NCBI GenBank assembly: GCA_964428615.1
Contig: CAYRXZ010000001.1
Span: 2,334-66,333, forward strand
Reading direction: 5' to 3'
DNA: 64,000 nt
Source: an uncultured Candidatus Saccharibacteria bacterium
GTDB taxonomy: Bacteria; Patescibacteriota; Minisyncoccia; UBA6257; UBA9933
The stretch's first letter is position 1, and each line of letters opens with the position of its first letter. The notes under the pieces were generated by a model. It did not search any database. It saw only the letters and a program-made list of their open reading frames with translations, and was not told the origin of the DNA. This document shows positions 17,614-27,510 of this stretch, piece by piece. The translations under genes and the position numbers were made by a program.

Positions 17614-18111
17614 TTATTGCCGCAACTCAAATTTTACTTTATCGCCTGTTTTTAAGCCAATTTCATCGGACTTACCACTATTTATCTCTAAAGCATATTT
17701 CCCTGGTTTATCGGGGGAAATTGAAGGGCAAACAACAGACTTACAAGGCTGGACATTTTTAGCAATATAAACAATTTCTTTATTTTCGCCAATCCAAATA
17801 ATATCCAAAGGAATAAGAGTATTTTTCATCCAAAAGGCATACTTATCTTCGCTTGAAAAAACAAAAAGCATGGCATTTCCATCTGCTAAAGACTTTCTAT
17901 TCATTAATCCTTTCATTCGCGCTAAAAAAGAAGAGGCAATTTCAGTGTTAAAACATTTATCGCCAAAACAAACGGGGATGTATTTTACCGGACCTGGAGC
18001 CACTTCCTCTTTTATGACAGACAAAAAAATAACCCCAAAAATAATTATTATAAAAAGCAACAAAATCAATAAAATCATTTTAATTTCCATAAATAAATAG
18101 CCGCCCGCCAA
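17614..18111 (-). CDS. DUF192 (COG1430) family protein with N-terminal TM anchor
   Basis: 165 aa; FVF..EDKYAFWMKNTLIPLDIIWI ... NSGKSDEIGLKTGDKVKF typical DUF192 blocks. Confidence 0.55.
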   Translation of the reverse strand: MAGGYLFMEIKMILLILLLFIIIIFGVIFLSVIKEEVAPGPVKYIPVCFGDKCFNTEIASSFLARMKGLMNRKSLADGNAMLFVFSSEDKYAFWMKNTLIPLDIIWIGENKEIVYIAKNVQPCKSVVCPSISPDKPGKYALEINSGKSDEIGLKTGDKVKFELRQ

Positions 18112-18114
18112 AAT

Positions 18115-18585
18115 TCAGTAATTTAATTGCCAAATGGAAAAATTTAAAACTGCCGCAAAGGAAACCCAAATAATATAAGGAAGCAAAAGCCAGCCGGCGA
18201 ATTTTTTAATTTTTCTGAATAAAATTAAATTTATTAAAATTGCCAGCCAAAGAATAAAAATTTCAATTAAGGCGGCCTCCGGTCTTCTTAAGCCGAAAAA
18301 TAAGATTGACCACAAAGAATTAAGTCCGAGCTGAATTGCAAAAAAAGTAATTGCAATTTTTTTCTTTTTCTTTTCAGTATCGCTCTGCCAGACAAAATAA
18401 AGCGCGATTCCCATTAAAATATAAAGAAAAGTCCAAACCGGACCAAAAATCCAATCCGGAGGATTAAAAGACGGCTTAGCTAATTCTTTATACCAAAGAT
18501 CGATTACCGGCATAACAAAGAACGAACCGATGAGTCCGGCTAATAAAGGTAAAATAATCGAAATCCCTAATCTAAACTTGTTCAT
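18115..18585 (-). CDS. tspO: TspO/MBR family tryptophan-rich sensory protein
   Basis: 156 aa, 5 TM; PSFNPPDWIFGPVWTFLYILMGIALYFVW TspO signature. Confidence 0.7.
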   Translation of the reverse strand: MNKFRLGISIILPLLAGLIGSFFVMPVIDLWYKELAKPSFNPPDWIFGPVWTFLYILMGIALYFVWQSDTEKKKKKIAITFFAIQLGLNSLWSILFFGLRRPEAALIEIFILWLAILINLILFRKIKKFAGWLLLPYIIWVSFAAVLNFSIWQLNY

Positions 18586-18613
18586 AGATGATTATTTATT
18601 TTATTATATTAAA

Positions 18614-18832
18614 CTATAAAATTTCTACAATTTTCTGTTTTGAAGTATGGCCTGACAAGATATTTACCCGTGAAGGACTTATGCCAAAATATTCCGCTAA
18701 AACCTTAATTATCCCTGTATTCGCCTTGCCATTTACGGATGGCTCTTTAACCGAAACCGTATAATGATTTTTATCTATTTTTACTACCTCCTTTTTTTTA
18801 GCGCTAGACTTAGCTTTTATAAAAATTTTCAT
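18614..18832 (-). CDS. DUF167 (YggU-like) protein
   Basis: 72 aa; AKSSAKKKEV...VKEPSVNGKANTGIIKVLAEYFGISPSRVNILSGHTSKQKIVEI matches DUF167. Confidence 0.5.
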   Translation of the reverse strand: MKIFIKAKSSAKKKEVVKIDKNHYTVSVKEPSVNGKANTGIIKVLAEYFGISPSRVNILSGHTSKQKIVEIL

Positions 18833-18843
18833 AAAGAACGCAT

Positions 18844-19596
18844 TTATTGCTTGCTACTTACCGCTTGGACATAATCGCAATAATCACAATCTGCGCCAGC
18901 TTCAGGTATTTTTTCGCCATTTAAACATTTATGAGCTTCTATTATTACTCTTTCAACCCAATTGTCAGAACCCGTATAAGGAATCAAAGTAACCTCAAAT
19001 TCAAGCTTGGCATCAAACGCTTGACGGTCCGTTTTTCCATTGCAATAAACAAAATATCCGGTATCCGAAACCTTATACCCATTTTGGCGGAATAACCACT
19101 GATATATTTCCATCTGCCTTTTATATCCATCTTGCCATTCTTTATTAAGCTCAATAATTTCTTCATCTTTTGAAGTGGCCTTATAGTCAACGACAATATA
19201 TTCGCCTTTAGAATTTTGCCAAAGGTCGTCTATAGCGCCTGTTATTAAAAAATTCGTTGGTTTGTGCAGATATTGTATGCCAGTAAAATTGTGGCGCCAT
19301 TTATCCAGATCTTCATGTGGGACAGGCCGCGCATCCACGCCATATTTTTCAATTAACGGATGTTTAGTATCATTGGCACGATAGACGTCAAATTCCAATT
19401 TTAAAAGTTTATCAACTGCCGAATTTAAAGAAAATGGAAAACCGGGCGGCCTGCCGATTCCAAGCCGACGATCTAAATAAAAACATCTTGGGCATTCAAA
19501 AAATAAATCTATTTTTGAGCGTGACAATTTAAACGGCTCGGGAGAATTCGACCCATAAAGATTTTTCGTGCGCTTAGAATTGTAGTATTGGCTCAT
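18844..19596 (-). CDS. PD-(D/E)XK nuclease, Cas4/RecB-like with Cys cluster (standalone)
   Basis: 250 aa; N-terminal CPRCFY, nuclease motifs IVVDYKATSK and QMEIYQWLF (QxxxY), C-terminal CDYCDY. Confidence 0.5.
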   Translation of the reverse strand: MSQYYNSKRTKNLYGSNSPEPFKLSRSKIDLFFECPRCFYLDRRLGIGRPPGFPFSLNSAVDKLLKLEFDVYRANDTKHPLIEKYGVDARPVPHEDLDKWRHNFTGIQYLHKPTNFLITGAIDDLWQNSKGEYIVVDYKATSKDEEIIELNKEWQDGYKRQMEIYQWLFRQNGYKVSDTGYFVYCNGKTDRQAFDAKLEFEVTLIPYTGSDNWVERVIIEAHKCLNGEKIPEAGADCDYCDYVQAVSSKQ

Positions 19597-19798
19597 AAGT
19601 TTTTATATTCTACGCCTTACGCCGAAATAAATCAAAATAAATAAATTACAAAAAATGCCTTATTAGAAGAAAGGTATTTATAAGCCAAAAAATAATTCCA
19701 CTGGCCGTTAAAAATAAAATTACTTTTGTTTGAGTGTCCATAAAAAATATCAACTAAGCCAAAAACAGCGTAGTTTGTTTTAATTACCTTGTCAATTT

Positions 19799-20641
19799 TT
19801 ACGGAGAAAAAATTCTTCCGTCAGGAGTCTCGCATTTCATCGGATTTTGACCCACTATCGGAAAGGCAGCGACAACGCATTCTTCAAAATTAGTTACTAA
19901 TTTAAAAAGAGCGCTGCATTTTTCTTTACTTGCTTTGTCGCTCTTGCCCAAGCATTCATCTAGTTGAGCTACAATATTACCTTCTATGCCAACTATGCTA
20001 AATTTCAAAGTTTGAATTACTTCATCTATTAAACTGTCTATATTAAAAGAGGCGCGTTCATTTTCACATTCTATTTTTTGCAGATCATTATAATTTCCGC
20101 ACTGCGTAGCGCTAACACTAAAAGTGAAAATTGCGGTTTTTTTATCTTTTTCTACTGCATAAACATATTGCGTATAAATGCTTCCAGCAGCACCCTCGCT
20201 TAATTTTGTTACGCAATATTCGTGACCATTAATTATGCGTTTTTCCGTTCTGCCGGCGCGCTCTATCTCTGAACCAGCTTCGGTGCATCCAACTGACCCA
20301 TCTACAATTTGAACTTGTGGCGGCCAATCAAAAGCGCGCATATAAGTCGTCAAAAAACTAGCCGGATATTCAAATGTGACATTTTGAATTTTATCAACAA
20401 AAGTTATCCAATTCGACTTTTTTTCTTTTATATTAATCGGACAAGGCGCAAACTCACAATTCGGCCCTATTCGACTCACAGAAGAACCGTCCGAGCAAAG
20501 TTTCGCCTCCATGGTACAGGCGATCTCATCAGATTTATCTAAAAATTGATTAATTATCAAATAAAAAATTCCCGCCACTAAAACCGTCGCAAAAATTGCA
20601 AACAAAATTTTCTTATTTTGAGAATAAAACTCTAAGACCAT
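19799..20641 (-). CDS. Hypothetical membrane-anchored Cys-rich protein
   Basis: ORF 19799..20695; likely start at internal ATG (MVLEFYSQ...) with N-terminal TM helix; no recognisable domain. Confidence 0.3.
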   Translation of the reverse strand: MVLEFYSQNKKILFAIFATVLVAGIFYLIINQFLDKSDEIACTMEAKLCSDGSSVSRIGPNCEFAPCPINIKEKKSNWITFVDKIQNVTFEYPASFLTTYMRAFDWPPQVQIVDGSVGCTEAGSEIERAGRTEKRIINGHEYCVTKLSEGAAGSIYTQYVYAVEKDKKTAIFTFSVSATQCGNYNDLQKIECENERASFNIDSLIDEVIQTLKFSIVGIEGNIVAQLDECLGKSDKASKEKCSALFKLVTNFEECVVAAFPIVGQNPMKCETPDGRIFSP

Positions 20642-22140
20642 ATATAAATTATAGCCATTCCAATAATTCCTACAAGAATTAAATATGTAATACACGGAAT
20701 GAATACTCCTTTTAAAATTTCTCGTTCACGATTTTTTACGCCAACAATGGCTTCTCCCGCCAACATATCTGCCAGCGCTATCATATTACCCGCAGAACCA
20801 CCAACCACGCCAAGCGACAATATTACCGCAACACTAAAACCGAGAGCTTGTCCGGCGACACTGAAAAAATTTCCAAACATAATATTTGAAACCGTAGCGC
20901 TACCGGTAATAAAAGCTCCAAAAGCGCCAATAAAGGGCGCGAAAAACGGCAACCAACTCATTTCAAAACCCCCAGCGATAAGGGTCATAGCCGATGGCAA
21001 TCCAGAATAATTATTACTGGAATTTATCATTAATTGCACAAAAGCCGACATTGATACAACGACAAAAAATGGATTTAAAGTTCCTTTGAAAGCATCTATC
21101 ATTGAAAGTGAAAGTTTTTCTTTTTTATTTTTCCATATAAAAGCGGTAATTAGTCCGGCAATAATAAACACAAAACCGGGATTAAACAAGCTGAAGGCAT
21201 GATTTATTATTAAATGGATATTAATATTTGCGTTGCCTAAAATTAACTTACCAACAATTAAAAGCAAAACTAAAATTCCGTAAGGTAAAAATGCCCTAAA
21301 TGCAGGCATTGTTTTTTCAAGCTTTTCTTCTCCGCGCAAAGACAAAATGCTTTTCGGCATAAAAATTTTTAATTTCATTGTAAGCAATACCAAAAGTAAA
21401 CCGATTATAGAGCCAACTATTGAGGGAAATTCCTGTCCAAGAAAAGCAGCTGCTATAGCCGATGGAACAACAAATGCTATACCGGACCAAACAGAAAAGC
21501 TTAAACCTCCAAAAAATTCTTTCTTTCCATTGATTCTGCCAGAAGTAATTATCCAAAGCATAAAAATAGGAACTATAAATCCAACACAATTTATAAGCGC
21601 GGAAGTAAACGGAACCGAAGAAATATCCAATCCAGCAAAACCAATACGGATAGGCGCTCCGGCAGCACCAAAAACAACAGCAGCGCTATTACCCAAAAGC
21701 CCTACTATTAAAGATTTCATTACCGGAAGTCCAAGTCCAATAAGAAGCGGAGCAACAACCGCCACTGGAGTTCCAAACCCGGCAGTACCTTCTATAAAAC
21801 CTTCGAAAAACCACGCCAAAATAATAATTTGCACCCTATAATCCTTTGAAATATGTTCTAAATAATATGAAATATTTTTGATAACATCCAAATCTTTTAA
21901 TATTCCCAAGAAAAAAATCGCTCCGAAAATAATAATAAAAATATCAAAAGCCACAAAAAAGCCTTTAATATATGAAGTCAAAAGCGAAACCGGCAATATC
22001 TGCCAATAAAAAATCGCCAGAAGCGTAAATAGGGCAAGCGTAACAAGCGACGCCCTAAGAAGAGAAGTTTTTACCCAAAGTAAAAAAACGAGAAAAACCA
22101 AAAAAGGAATTATTGATAACAAAACCGGAAAAGTAAGCAT
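20632..22140 (-). CDS. L-lactate permease (LctP/LldP family)
   Basis: 502 aa polytopic membrane protein; FFEGFIEGTAGFGTPVAVVAPLLIGLGLP matches LctP block FLEGAAGFGAPVAI..LLVGLGF. Confidence 0.7.
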   Translation of the reverse strand: MLTFPVLLSIIPFLVFLVFLLWVKTSLLRASLVTLALFTLLAIFYWQILPVSLLTSYIKGFFVAFDIFIIIFGAIFFLGILKDLDVIKNISYYLEHISKDYRVQIIILAWFFEGFIEGTAGFGTPVAVVAPLLIGLGLPVMKSLIVGLLGNSAAVVFGAAGAPIRIGFAGLDISSVPFTSALINCVGFIVPIFMLWIITSGRINGKKEFFGGLSFSVWSGIAFVVPSAIAAAFLGQEFPSIVGSIIGLLLVLLTMKLKIFMPKSILSLRGEEKLEKTMPAFRAFLPYGILVLLLIVGKLILGNANINIHLIINHAFSLFNPGFVFIIAGLITAFIWKNKKEKLSLSMIDAFKGTLNPFFVVVSMSAFVQLMINSSNNYSGLPSAMTLIAGGFEMSWLPFFAPFIGAFGAFITGSATVSNIMFGNFFSVAGQALGFSVAVILSLGVVGGSAGNMIALADMLAGEAIVGVKNREREILKGVFIPCITYLILVGIIGMAIIYIWS

Positions 22141-22244
22141 TGCATCTATTTTACACTTTCAACAGATTTGGAGCAAATAAAAAAACCGCTTCAAAAGTGA
22201 GCCAAGCCCGCTTTTTATTTAAAGTATTCACCCAGTAATACCTA

Positions 22245-23384
22245 TTAAGCTTTTTTGAAGTGCTTATACAAATAGTTGAAAAGCGCTCCGAAAGCTGCAA
22301 GGAAAAATACAAAACAAAATATCCACCCGACAAAAGGAATTATTCCTATCACTTTCATTACCACAATACCAGTTAATATACTCTTCCAATCCACTCCGAA
22401 TTCCGGCTTTTTCAAAAGTTTCCGAAAAATAATAGTTCCCAACATTATCGGCGCGAAAACCGAAGCAAAAATTGCCATTAATAAATATAGTAAAACTCCG
22501 ATAATACCAAGAAAAACGCCAACAACTGTAATTAAAGAAATAATTACTGCAATAGGCAAAATCACCAAAACGATAAACCCGCGCAATGTTTCTTTCCCAA
22601 AATTATCTAATGTGTAGCTTACTGCTTCTTTTATTTTTTTACCAAGGAAAAAATAAATTGCTAGCGCCGCAGTTAAAGAAATCAATAATCCTAACAACCA
22701 ACCCATACCAAACAATCCAATAAAACCTTTTTTAGATATTGCTCTATTTTTTGGAGCTACAATTTCTTTAAAAACAACTTCTCCTTTTATTTTAGCTCCG
22801 TCTTCAATTGTTAATTTTTCTGGCGCACTGTAATTTAAATTCCCAGAAAGTTCCGCCTTACTGCCAATAACTAATTTTTGGCCTACTTTTATTGAGGTAT
22901 TACCATTAACTTTCCCATCAATGCGGATAGTATCGCCGTAAACGATAAGATCACCCCCTATATAACCGTCAACCAAAACATTTCCGCCGGCCAATCCAAC
23001 ATTTCCATCAATTTTTAAATCCGAATTCAAGCTCACTTGTCCGCCAGCTGCCAAAAGTTCTCCGCCAATTTTTCCGCCAATCGCTAATGTGCCGCCAACC
23101 AAGCGAGCATCTTCACCAATATTGCCTTCAAAAATCAAGGTTCCGCCTGCCGCATTTAAGTCATTACGTATATCTCCTAAAACCACGACGGTTCCTCCAG
23201 CGGCAAAAATGTCTCCCTTGGCAATTCCCAAAATATTTACACTATTACCGGCAATATAAAGATTTTCTTCGGCAACTGCGTCCCTACTAAGAGAATAATC
23301 CGGAACACCTTGAAAATTCGCCCCAAAAGAAACAAACGGTAATACCAAAAAAGAAAAAACTAAAGCCAAAAATATTTTTTTCAT
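22245..23384 (-). CDS. Secreted polymer-forming (bactofilin-like beta-helix repeat) protein with C-terminal TM segments
   Basis: 379 aa; signal peptide, >10 repeats of GG.(V/L).(I/L).G(D/N) units, then 3-4 TM helices. Confidence 0.4.
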   Translation of the reverse strand: MKKIFLALVFSFLVLPFVSFGANFQGVPDYSLSRDAVAEENLYIAGNSVNILGIAKGDIFAAGGTVVVLGDIRNDLNAAGGTLIFEGNIGEDARLVGGTLAIGGKIGGELLAAGGQVSLNSDLKIDGNVGLAGGNVLVDGYIGGDLIVYGDTIRIDGKVNGNTSIKVGQKLVIGSKAELSGNLNYSAPEKLTIEDGAKIKGEVVFKEIVAPKNRAISKKGFIGLFGMGWLLGLLISLTAALAIYFFLGKKIKEAVSYTLDNFGKETLRGFIVLVILPIAVIISLITVVGVFLGIIGVLLYLLMAIFASVFAPIMLGTIIFRKLLKKPEFGVDWKSILTGIVVMKVIGIIPFVGWIFCFVFFLAAFGALFNYLYKHFKKA

Positions 23385-23415
23385 ATTTTTAAATTAATAA
23401 AACTAATGATAATTT

Positions 23416-24078
23416 TTACAACTCTGCCGTTAAACTATTAAAAGCTGTTGTTTCTACTCTTTTAATAATTGTTTGCTTATCTAAGTTAGAAATTTTCTGC
23501 CGCGCATCTTCAGGGAATATTCTTTCGATATCTATACTATTATACGTACCGTCTCGCGGTGCTTCAAAAGAAAACCCGCTCAAATCGTAATATGATAATT
23601 CATTCGGATAACTTATTCTAACCGGCAAAGAAATACTGCTTAATGTTTTTAATTTACCGTTTTCAACAGTATATTCTCCACAATATGCCCAGATATAAAA
23701 TGGAAACAGCTCGTTTTTAGGTTGAAGATTTTCAATTCCGCAAAATTTTTGGCTGTTTTCTGCAGTTTCCCAGTTAAATTGTTTTTGAGTTAAAAGATAA
23801 TCCGTAATTGTTTTTTCCAACTGAGAATTGCCAAAATTGAACGCCAAGCAATCTTCTTCCCAAACTCTTAAACATTTTTGTTTAGCCTCACACCAAGAAT
23901 AACCGGCTGAGCCAATACAACCATGAATATCTTTGTCTCCGCCAACAACCAACCCAGACTCAGATTCTGACGCAGGCGCCTGCATATCTTTAAAAACTAA
24001 ATAACCGCCAACCCCTATAATTAATACCGCTACTACTATTATTGCCACTAATAATGGCGTAAATGTTTTGTTTTCCAT
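23416..24078 (-). CDS. Hypothetical membrane-anchored exported protein
   Basis: 220 aa; N-terminal TM helix, Cys-containing soluble domain; no known motif. Confidence 0.3.
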   Translation of the reverse strand: MENKTFTPLLVAIIVVAVLIIGVGGYLVFKDMQAPASESESGLVVGGDKDIHGCIGSAGYSWCEAKQKCLRVWEEDCLAFNFGNSQLEKTITDYLLTQKQFNWETAENSQKFCGIENLQPKNELFPFYIWAYCGEYTVENGKLKTLSSISLPVRISYPNELSYYDLSGFSFEAPRDGTYNSIDIERIFPEDARQKISNLDKQTIIKRVETTAFNSLTAEL

Positions 24079-24082
24079 AATT

Positions 24083-24484
24083 TTATTTTACTACTTGAGC
24101 GCAATAAGAGCAACGTTTAGCTTCAATGGGTATATCACTTAAACATTCTTTACATTTTTTGATTACTGAGTCCGCCGAAGGTTCTCTATGAGAACGCTCA
24201 ACTAATATATTTATCGGTTTAACTACAAAGAAAAATATTGCAGCTGCAGCCAATATAAATGAGATAACAGCATTTATTAAATGCCCTATCATAAATTTAC
24301 TTCCATTTATAGTAAAATAAAATCCGGAAAAATCCGGCACTTTGATAATTGCCGCAATGAATGGAGTTAATAAGTCAGATACAAGAGCGGTAACTACTGT
24401 GCCAAAAGCCGCGCCAACCACCACGCCCACAGCTAAATCAACCACATTCCCGCGAAGCAAAAATCGCTTAAACTCTTTTAACAT
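24083..24484 (-). CDS. mscL: Large-conductance mechanosensitive channel with C-terminal CxxC...CxxC zinc-ribbon extension
   Basis: 133 aa; RGNVVDLAVGVVVGAAFGTVV MscL signature; tail KCKECLSDIPIEAKRCSYCAQVVK. Confidence 0.8.
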   Translation of the reverse strand: MLKEFKRFLLRGNVVDLAVGVVVGAAFGTVVTALVSDLLTPFIAAIIKVPDFSGFYFTINGSKFMIGHLINAVISFILAAAAIFFFVVKPINILVERSHREPSADSVIKKCKECLSDIPIEAKRCSYCAQVVK

Positions 24485-24508
24485 ATAAATACATTATAAC
24501 ACATTCAT

Positions 24509-24540
24509 AAAAAAACAGGCATGAAGTGCCTGTTTTTTAT
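24509..24540. terminator. Rho-independent terminator hairpin (A-run / CAGGCAtgaagtGCCTG / T-run)
   Basis: Perfect 6-bp GC-rich stem flanked by A7 and T6 runs, immediately downstream of minus-strand gene ending at 24562. Confidence 0.5.
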
Positions 24541-24561
24541 GATATTCATCTAAATAATTGA

Positions 24562-25254
24562 TTATTTAGCGAATAATCTAGTAAACCAACCAAATAAGCT
24601 AAATTTGTTTTCATTCGCATTAACAAATATTTCAACCTTCTGTTGCTCTTGTTGTAATGCCTGGATTTGATTTTGAAGCTCTGTTTTATCGGCTTCATTT
24701 TGAACATTTTCCATTAACTTGTTTAATTGTTGTAATCTATTTTCCGTTTGAACCATCTCACTTCTTAGAGCTCCCAAATTTTTATAGTCGGAACCTAAAA
24801 AGAATGTTTTTACTTTATTTCTCTCCTGGACTTTTTCCATTGCTTGAACAGTTGTGCTAGCAGCTTGATTTTGCTGTTGTGCAATAACCCTAACTTGTTG
24901 CCCTATCCCATTATTTTCTCTATTAGCAACAAATAAGAGACCCTGAACAAAATTTGATACGGCGCTGCGATGCTCTTCAATATCGACTCGATCTTTTATT
25001 TGTTTTTGTTCGCGAACTTGAACTTGTGTCCCAGAACTCATCTCAGTATTCTGATTTTGAATTTGGTTTTGAACTTGAACTTGAGCCTGTATATTTTCTC
25101 CATGATTGGCAGTTTGCGTTTGTTGTTGAACTTGAACGCCCGCACCAGCATTACTGTTACTGTTTTCTCCTTGTGCAAAAACCGTTAAAGAAGAAAAAGA
25201 AATCGCCAATGCCAAAAAAATGACAAATAATGAACTTATATTTAATTTTTGCAT
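24562..25254 (-). CDS. Secreted Gln/Asn-rich coiled-coil protein (hypothetical)
   Basis: 230 aa; signal peptide, QVQVQNQIQNQ low-complexity tracts, C-terminal coiled coil. Confidence 0.35.
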   Translation of the reverse strand: MQKLNISSLFVIFLALAISFSSLTVFAQGENSNSNAGAGVQVQQQTQTANHGENIQAQVQVQNQIQNQNTEMSSGTQVQVREQKQIKDRVDIEEHRSAVSNFVQGLLFVANRENNGIGQQVRVIAQQQNQAASTTVQAMEKVQERNKVKTFFLGSDYKNLGALRSEMVQTENRLQQLNKLMENVQNEADKTELQNQIQALQQEQQKVEIFVNANENKFSLFGWFTRLFAK

Positions 25255-25393
25255 AATTCTATTAATTATTTAATTATATGCGACCTTTTTTCCATTATAT
25301 AAAAGATATGTCTATTTGGCAATTTCCATTTCCCCTGTTCTACTCTACACTTAAAACACTAAACTAAAAGCAGAAGTGGTTGTAAAAATGTGT

Positions 25394-26101
25394 TCACATA
25401 GATATAAGTTTCATCGCCGCTCCAACAGCAACCGCGTTTTTATAAAATCTTGCTTTTTTTACCGGCATATTGATATTTTTCTTGAAATTTTTTAAAAATC
25501 CTTTTTGTCGAAACATTCCTCCGCCAACAATCATTAATTGTGGGTTATACGGTTTTATTAATTTTTCTATTTTATTCCCAAGGAATTCAGGTAACGCCTT
25601 ATCATTTTTAGAGTTGCGGAGTTTTTGATATCCGCGCTCCCATTGTTCCGGACATTCAAATTTTTTTATTTTTAAAATTTTACCGTTTTTACCGAAAGCT
25701 CTACCAATTCCCGTTCCTATTGTTATAAAGAAAACGCTTTTCTTGCTGACCGCTTTGCCTATCCTATATTCTGCGTGGCCAAAACAGCGAGCGTCATTAT
25801 CCAACGCCATAACTTTAAAATTAAAATTCGTAGCAAGAAAATCAAAGTTTTTAATATAGGGAATATTTGGGCTTTTTATTATTTTTTTCCCACTCACAAT
25901 CCCGGCTACCCCAATAGCAATTCTGTTTGTTCCCCCTAAAATTCTTATTATTTTAAAAAGAGATTGTTTAAAACTGGACAAATTTTGAGGTGTCGACAAT
26001 TCTGTTGTTTTTAAAACTTTTTTTCCGTTCCACAAAACTCCCCGTATTTTTGTTCCACCAATATCTATCCCTATTATTTTTTTGCCGATTTTATTAGACA
26101 T
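25394..26101 (-). CDS. ROK/BadF-type sugar kinase (glucokinase-like)
   Basis: 235 aa; N-terminal IGIDIGGTKIRGVL ATPase phosphate-1 motif. Confidence 0.5.
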   Translation of the reverse strand: MSNKIGKKIIGIDIGGTKIRGVLWNGKKVLKTTELSTPQNLSSFKQSLFKIIRILGGTNRIAIGVAGIVSGKKIIKSPNIPYIKNFDFLATNFNFKVMALDNDARCFGHAEYRIGKAVSKKSVFFITIGTGIGRAFGKNGKILKIKKFECPEQWERGYQKLRNSKNDKALPEFLGNKIEKLIKPYNPQLMIVGGGMFRQKGFLKNFKKNINMPVKKARFYKNAVAVGAAMKLISM

Positions 26102-27354
26102 GAACGGTATAATTTGAGATGGTCCAGAATAAAACGTGGGAATAAAAATTTTCTAAATACCGTCTTTCTCGCTTCCTCGCCCATCTTTTTTTTCTTTTTA
26201 TAATTTGCTAAAAGAAAAAGCGCTCTCTGGGCTAATTCTTCCGAATTTTTTGCGATGAAACCGTTTTTATTGTTAATAATTTGTTTTCGAATCCCCGAAG
26301 CCGGACCGCCAATTACCGGCTGACGTTTCCACATTGCTTCCGTAACTACTAACCCAAATCCTTCTTTAATGGAATTCTGCATCACGATATCCGCGGCGTT
26401 TTGCGCCATACTTGTAAATTTTAAAATATTTTTATTTTTCGGGTTAAAAAACATGAAGATTTCGGGCGATTTTTCAACAATACCTTTAATATCTCTATAA
26501 ACTCCTCCTGCCAGCGGATTATCATAAGCCTCATTAAAACCAATAAGCGCCAAATATGCCTTGGGATATGTATTTTGAATTATACGAAACGCTTCAACAA
26601 CCCCGACCGGATTTTTCCAAACATCAAAACGCGACACCTGAACAATTAACGGGCCGTCTATGGGAACACCGCCATGTTTTTTTAAATACAAACGCGCCTT
26701 TTCTTTGAAAACAATTTCTTGTTTGGGCGACAATGGGTCAATAGCGGGCGTAAAAATTTTAACTTTATTTCGGGGAAAGCCATTACATATAAAATCACGA
26801 TTACTAAAAACGGTTTTATGATACGGCTTTACAAACGGGGAAAGTTTTCCCCAGACCGGTTCAAAAACCGCGGAAGTATCTATATGGCTAAAAAGAACCT
26901 TGCCCTTGATGCGTGAATAAAAACCTGCCAAAAGAAGTTGCGGGTCATTTATTGCTAAAACATCGCAATTGATATTATTTAATTCTATCGCAACAGCCTT
27001 ACTAACCCGTTCATATTCTGCCCATTCTTTATTATTGATTTTTATTGCCGCTCCTTGTAAAGCATTATGGATTTTATTGGTTATCCCGAAAAAATCTTTT
27101 CCAACTGCGGAATCCATATAATACCAATTGCTTTCCACACCCAAAGCGCGCAAATAGGGGATTAAACTTTTTAAAATTTCCGCCACGCCACCGCCGACAG
27201 CCGTTGCGTTAACGTGCGCCACCTTCTTGCCCCGCAAGTAAGAAGCTTGTTTTAATAATTCTTTTTTTCCTTTTTCCGGTAAAAATCTTAAAAAGTCCGC
27301 CGAACGTATTTTTTTTGTAAATTTAAATTTTTTTAAAAGCGTTTTTCGCGCCAT
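26074..27354 (-). CDS. GT4-family glycosyltransferase, TreT-like (trehalose/glycosyl-glycerate synthase type)
   Basis: 426 aa; N-terminal HVNATAVGGGVAEIL matches TreT block NSTAFGGGVAEML; C-terminal GT-B EX7E-like region. Confidence 0.55.
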   Translation of the reverse strand: MARKTLLKKFKFTKKIRSADFLRFLPEKGKKELLKQASYLRGKKVAHVNATAVGGGVAEILKSLIPYLRALGVESNWYYMDSAVGKDFFGITNKIHNALQGAAIKINNKEWAEYERVSKAVAIELNNINCDVLAINDPQLLLAGFYSRIKGKVLFSHIDTSAVFEPVWGKLSPFVKPYHKTVFSNRDFICNGFPRNKVKIFTPAIDPLSPKQEIVFKEKARLYLKKHGGVPIDGPLIVQVSRFDVWKNPVGVVEAFRIIQNTYPKAYLALIGFNEAYDNPLAGGVYRDIKGIVEKSPEIFMFFNPKNKNILKFTSMAQNAADIVMQNSIKEGFGLVVTEAMWKRQPVIGGPASGIRKQIINNKNGFIAKNSEELAQRALFLLANYKKKKKMGEEARKTVFRKFLFPRFILDHLKLYRSCLIKSAKK

Positions 27355-27510
27355 TTTTGTTTTATTATTTTATTAAATTTTTCAACCCTTTAAACATTAT
27401 CATATTGGAAAAATATTAAAATATTTTATCACTTAAAATTCAAATGCTTTTTAAATAATTTACTGAAAAGCCGCCCACAAAGGAACGGCCTTTGATTTAT
27501 AATCAAATAA

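Noticed and set aside
22151-22333. 60-aa ORF overlapping the 3' end of the 22245..23384 gene
   Set aside because: Overlaps a longer, better-supported ORF in another frame; no features.
24562-25254. Repetitive caacttgaac / Q-N-rich tracts as a mobile or repeat element
   Set aside because: Repeats are codon-level low complexity of a secreted Gln/Asn-rich protein, not a dispersed element.
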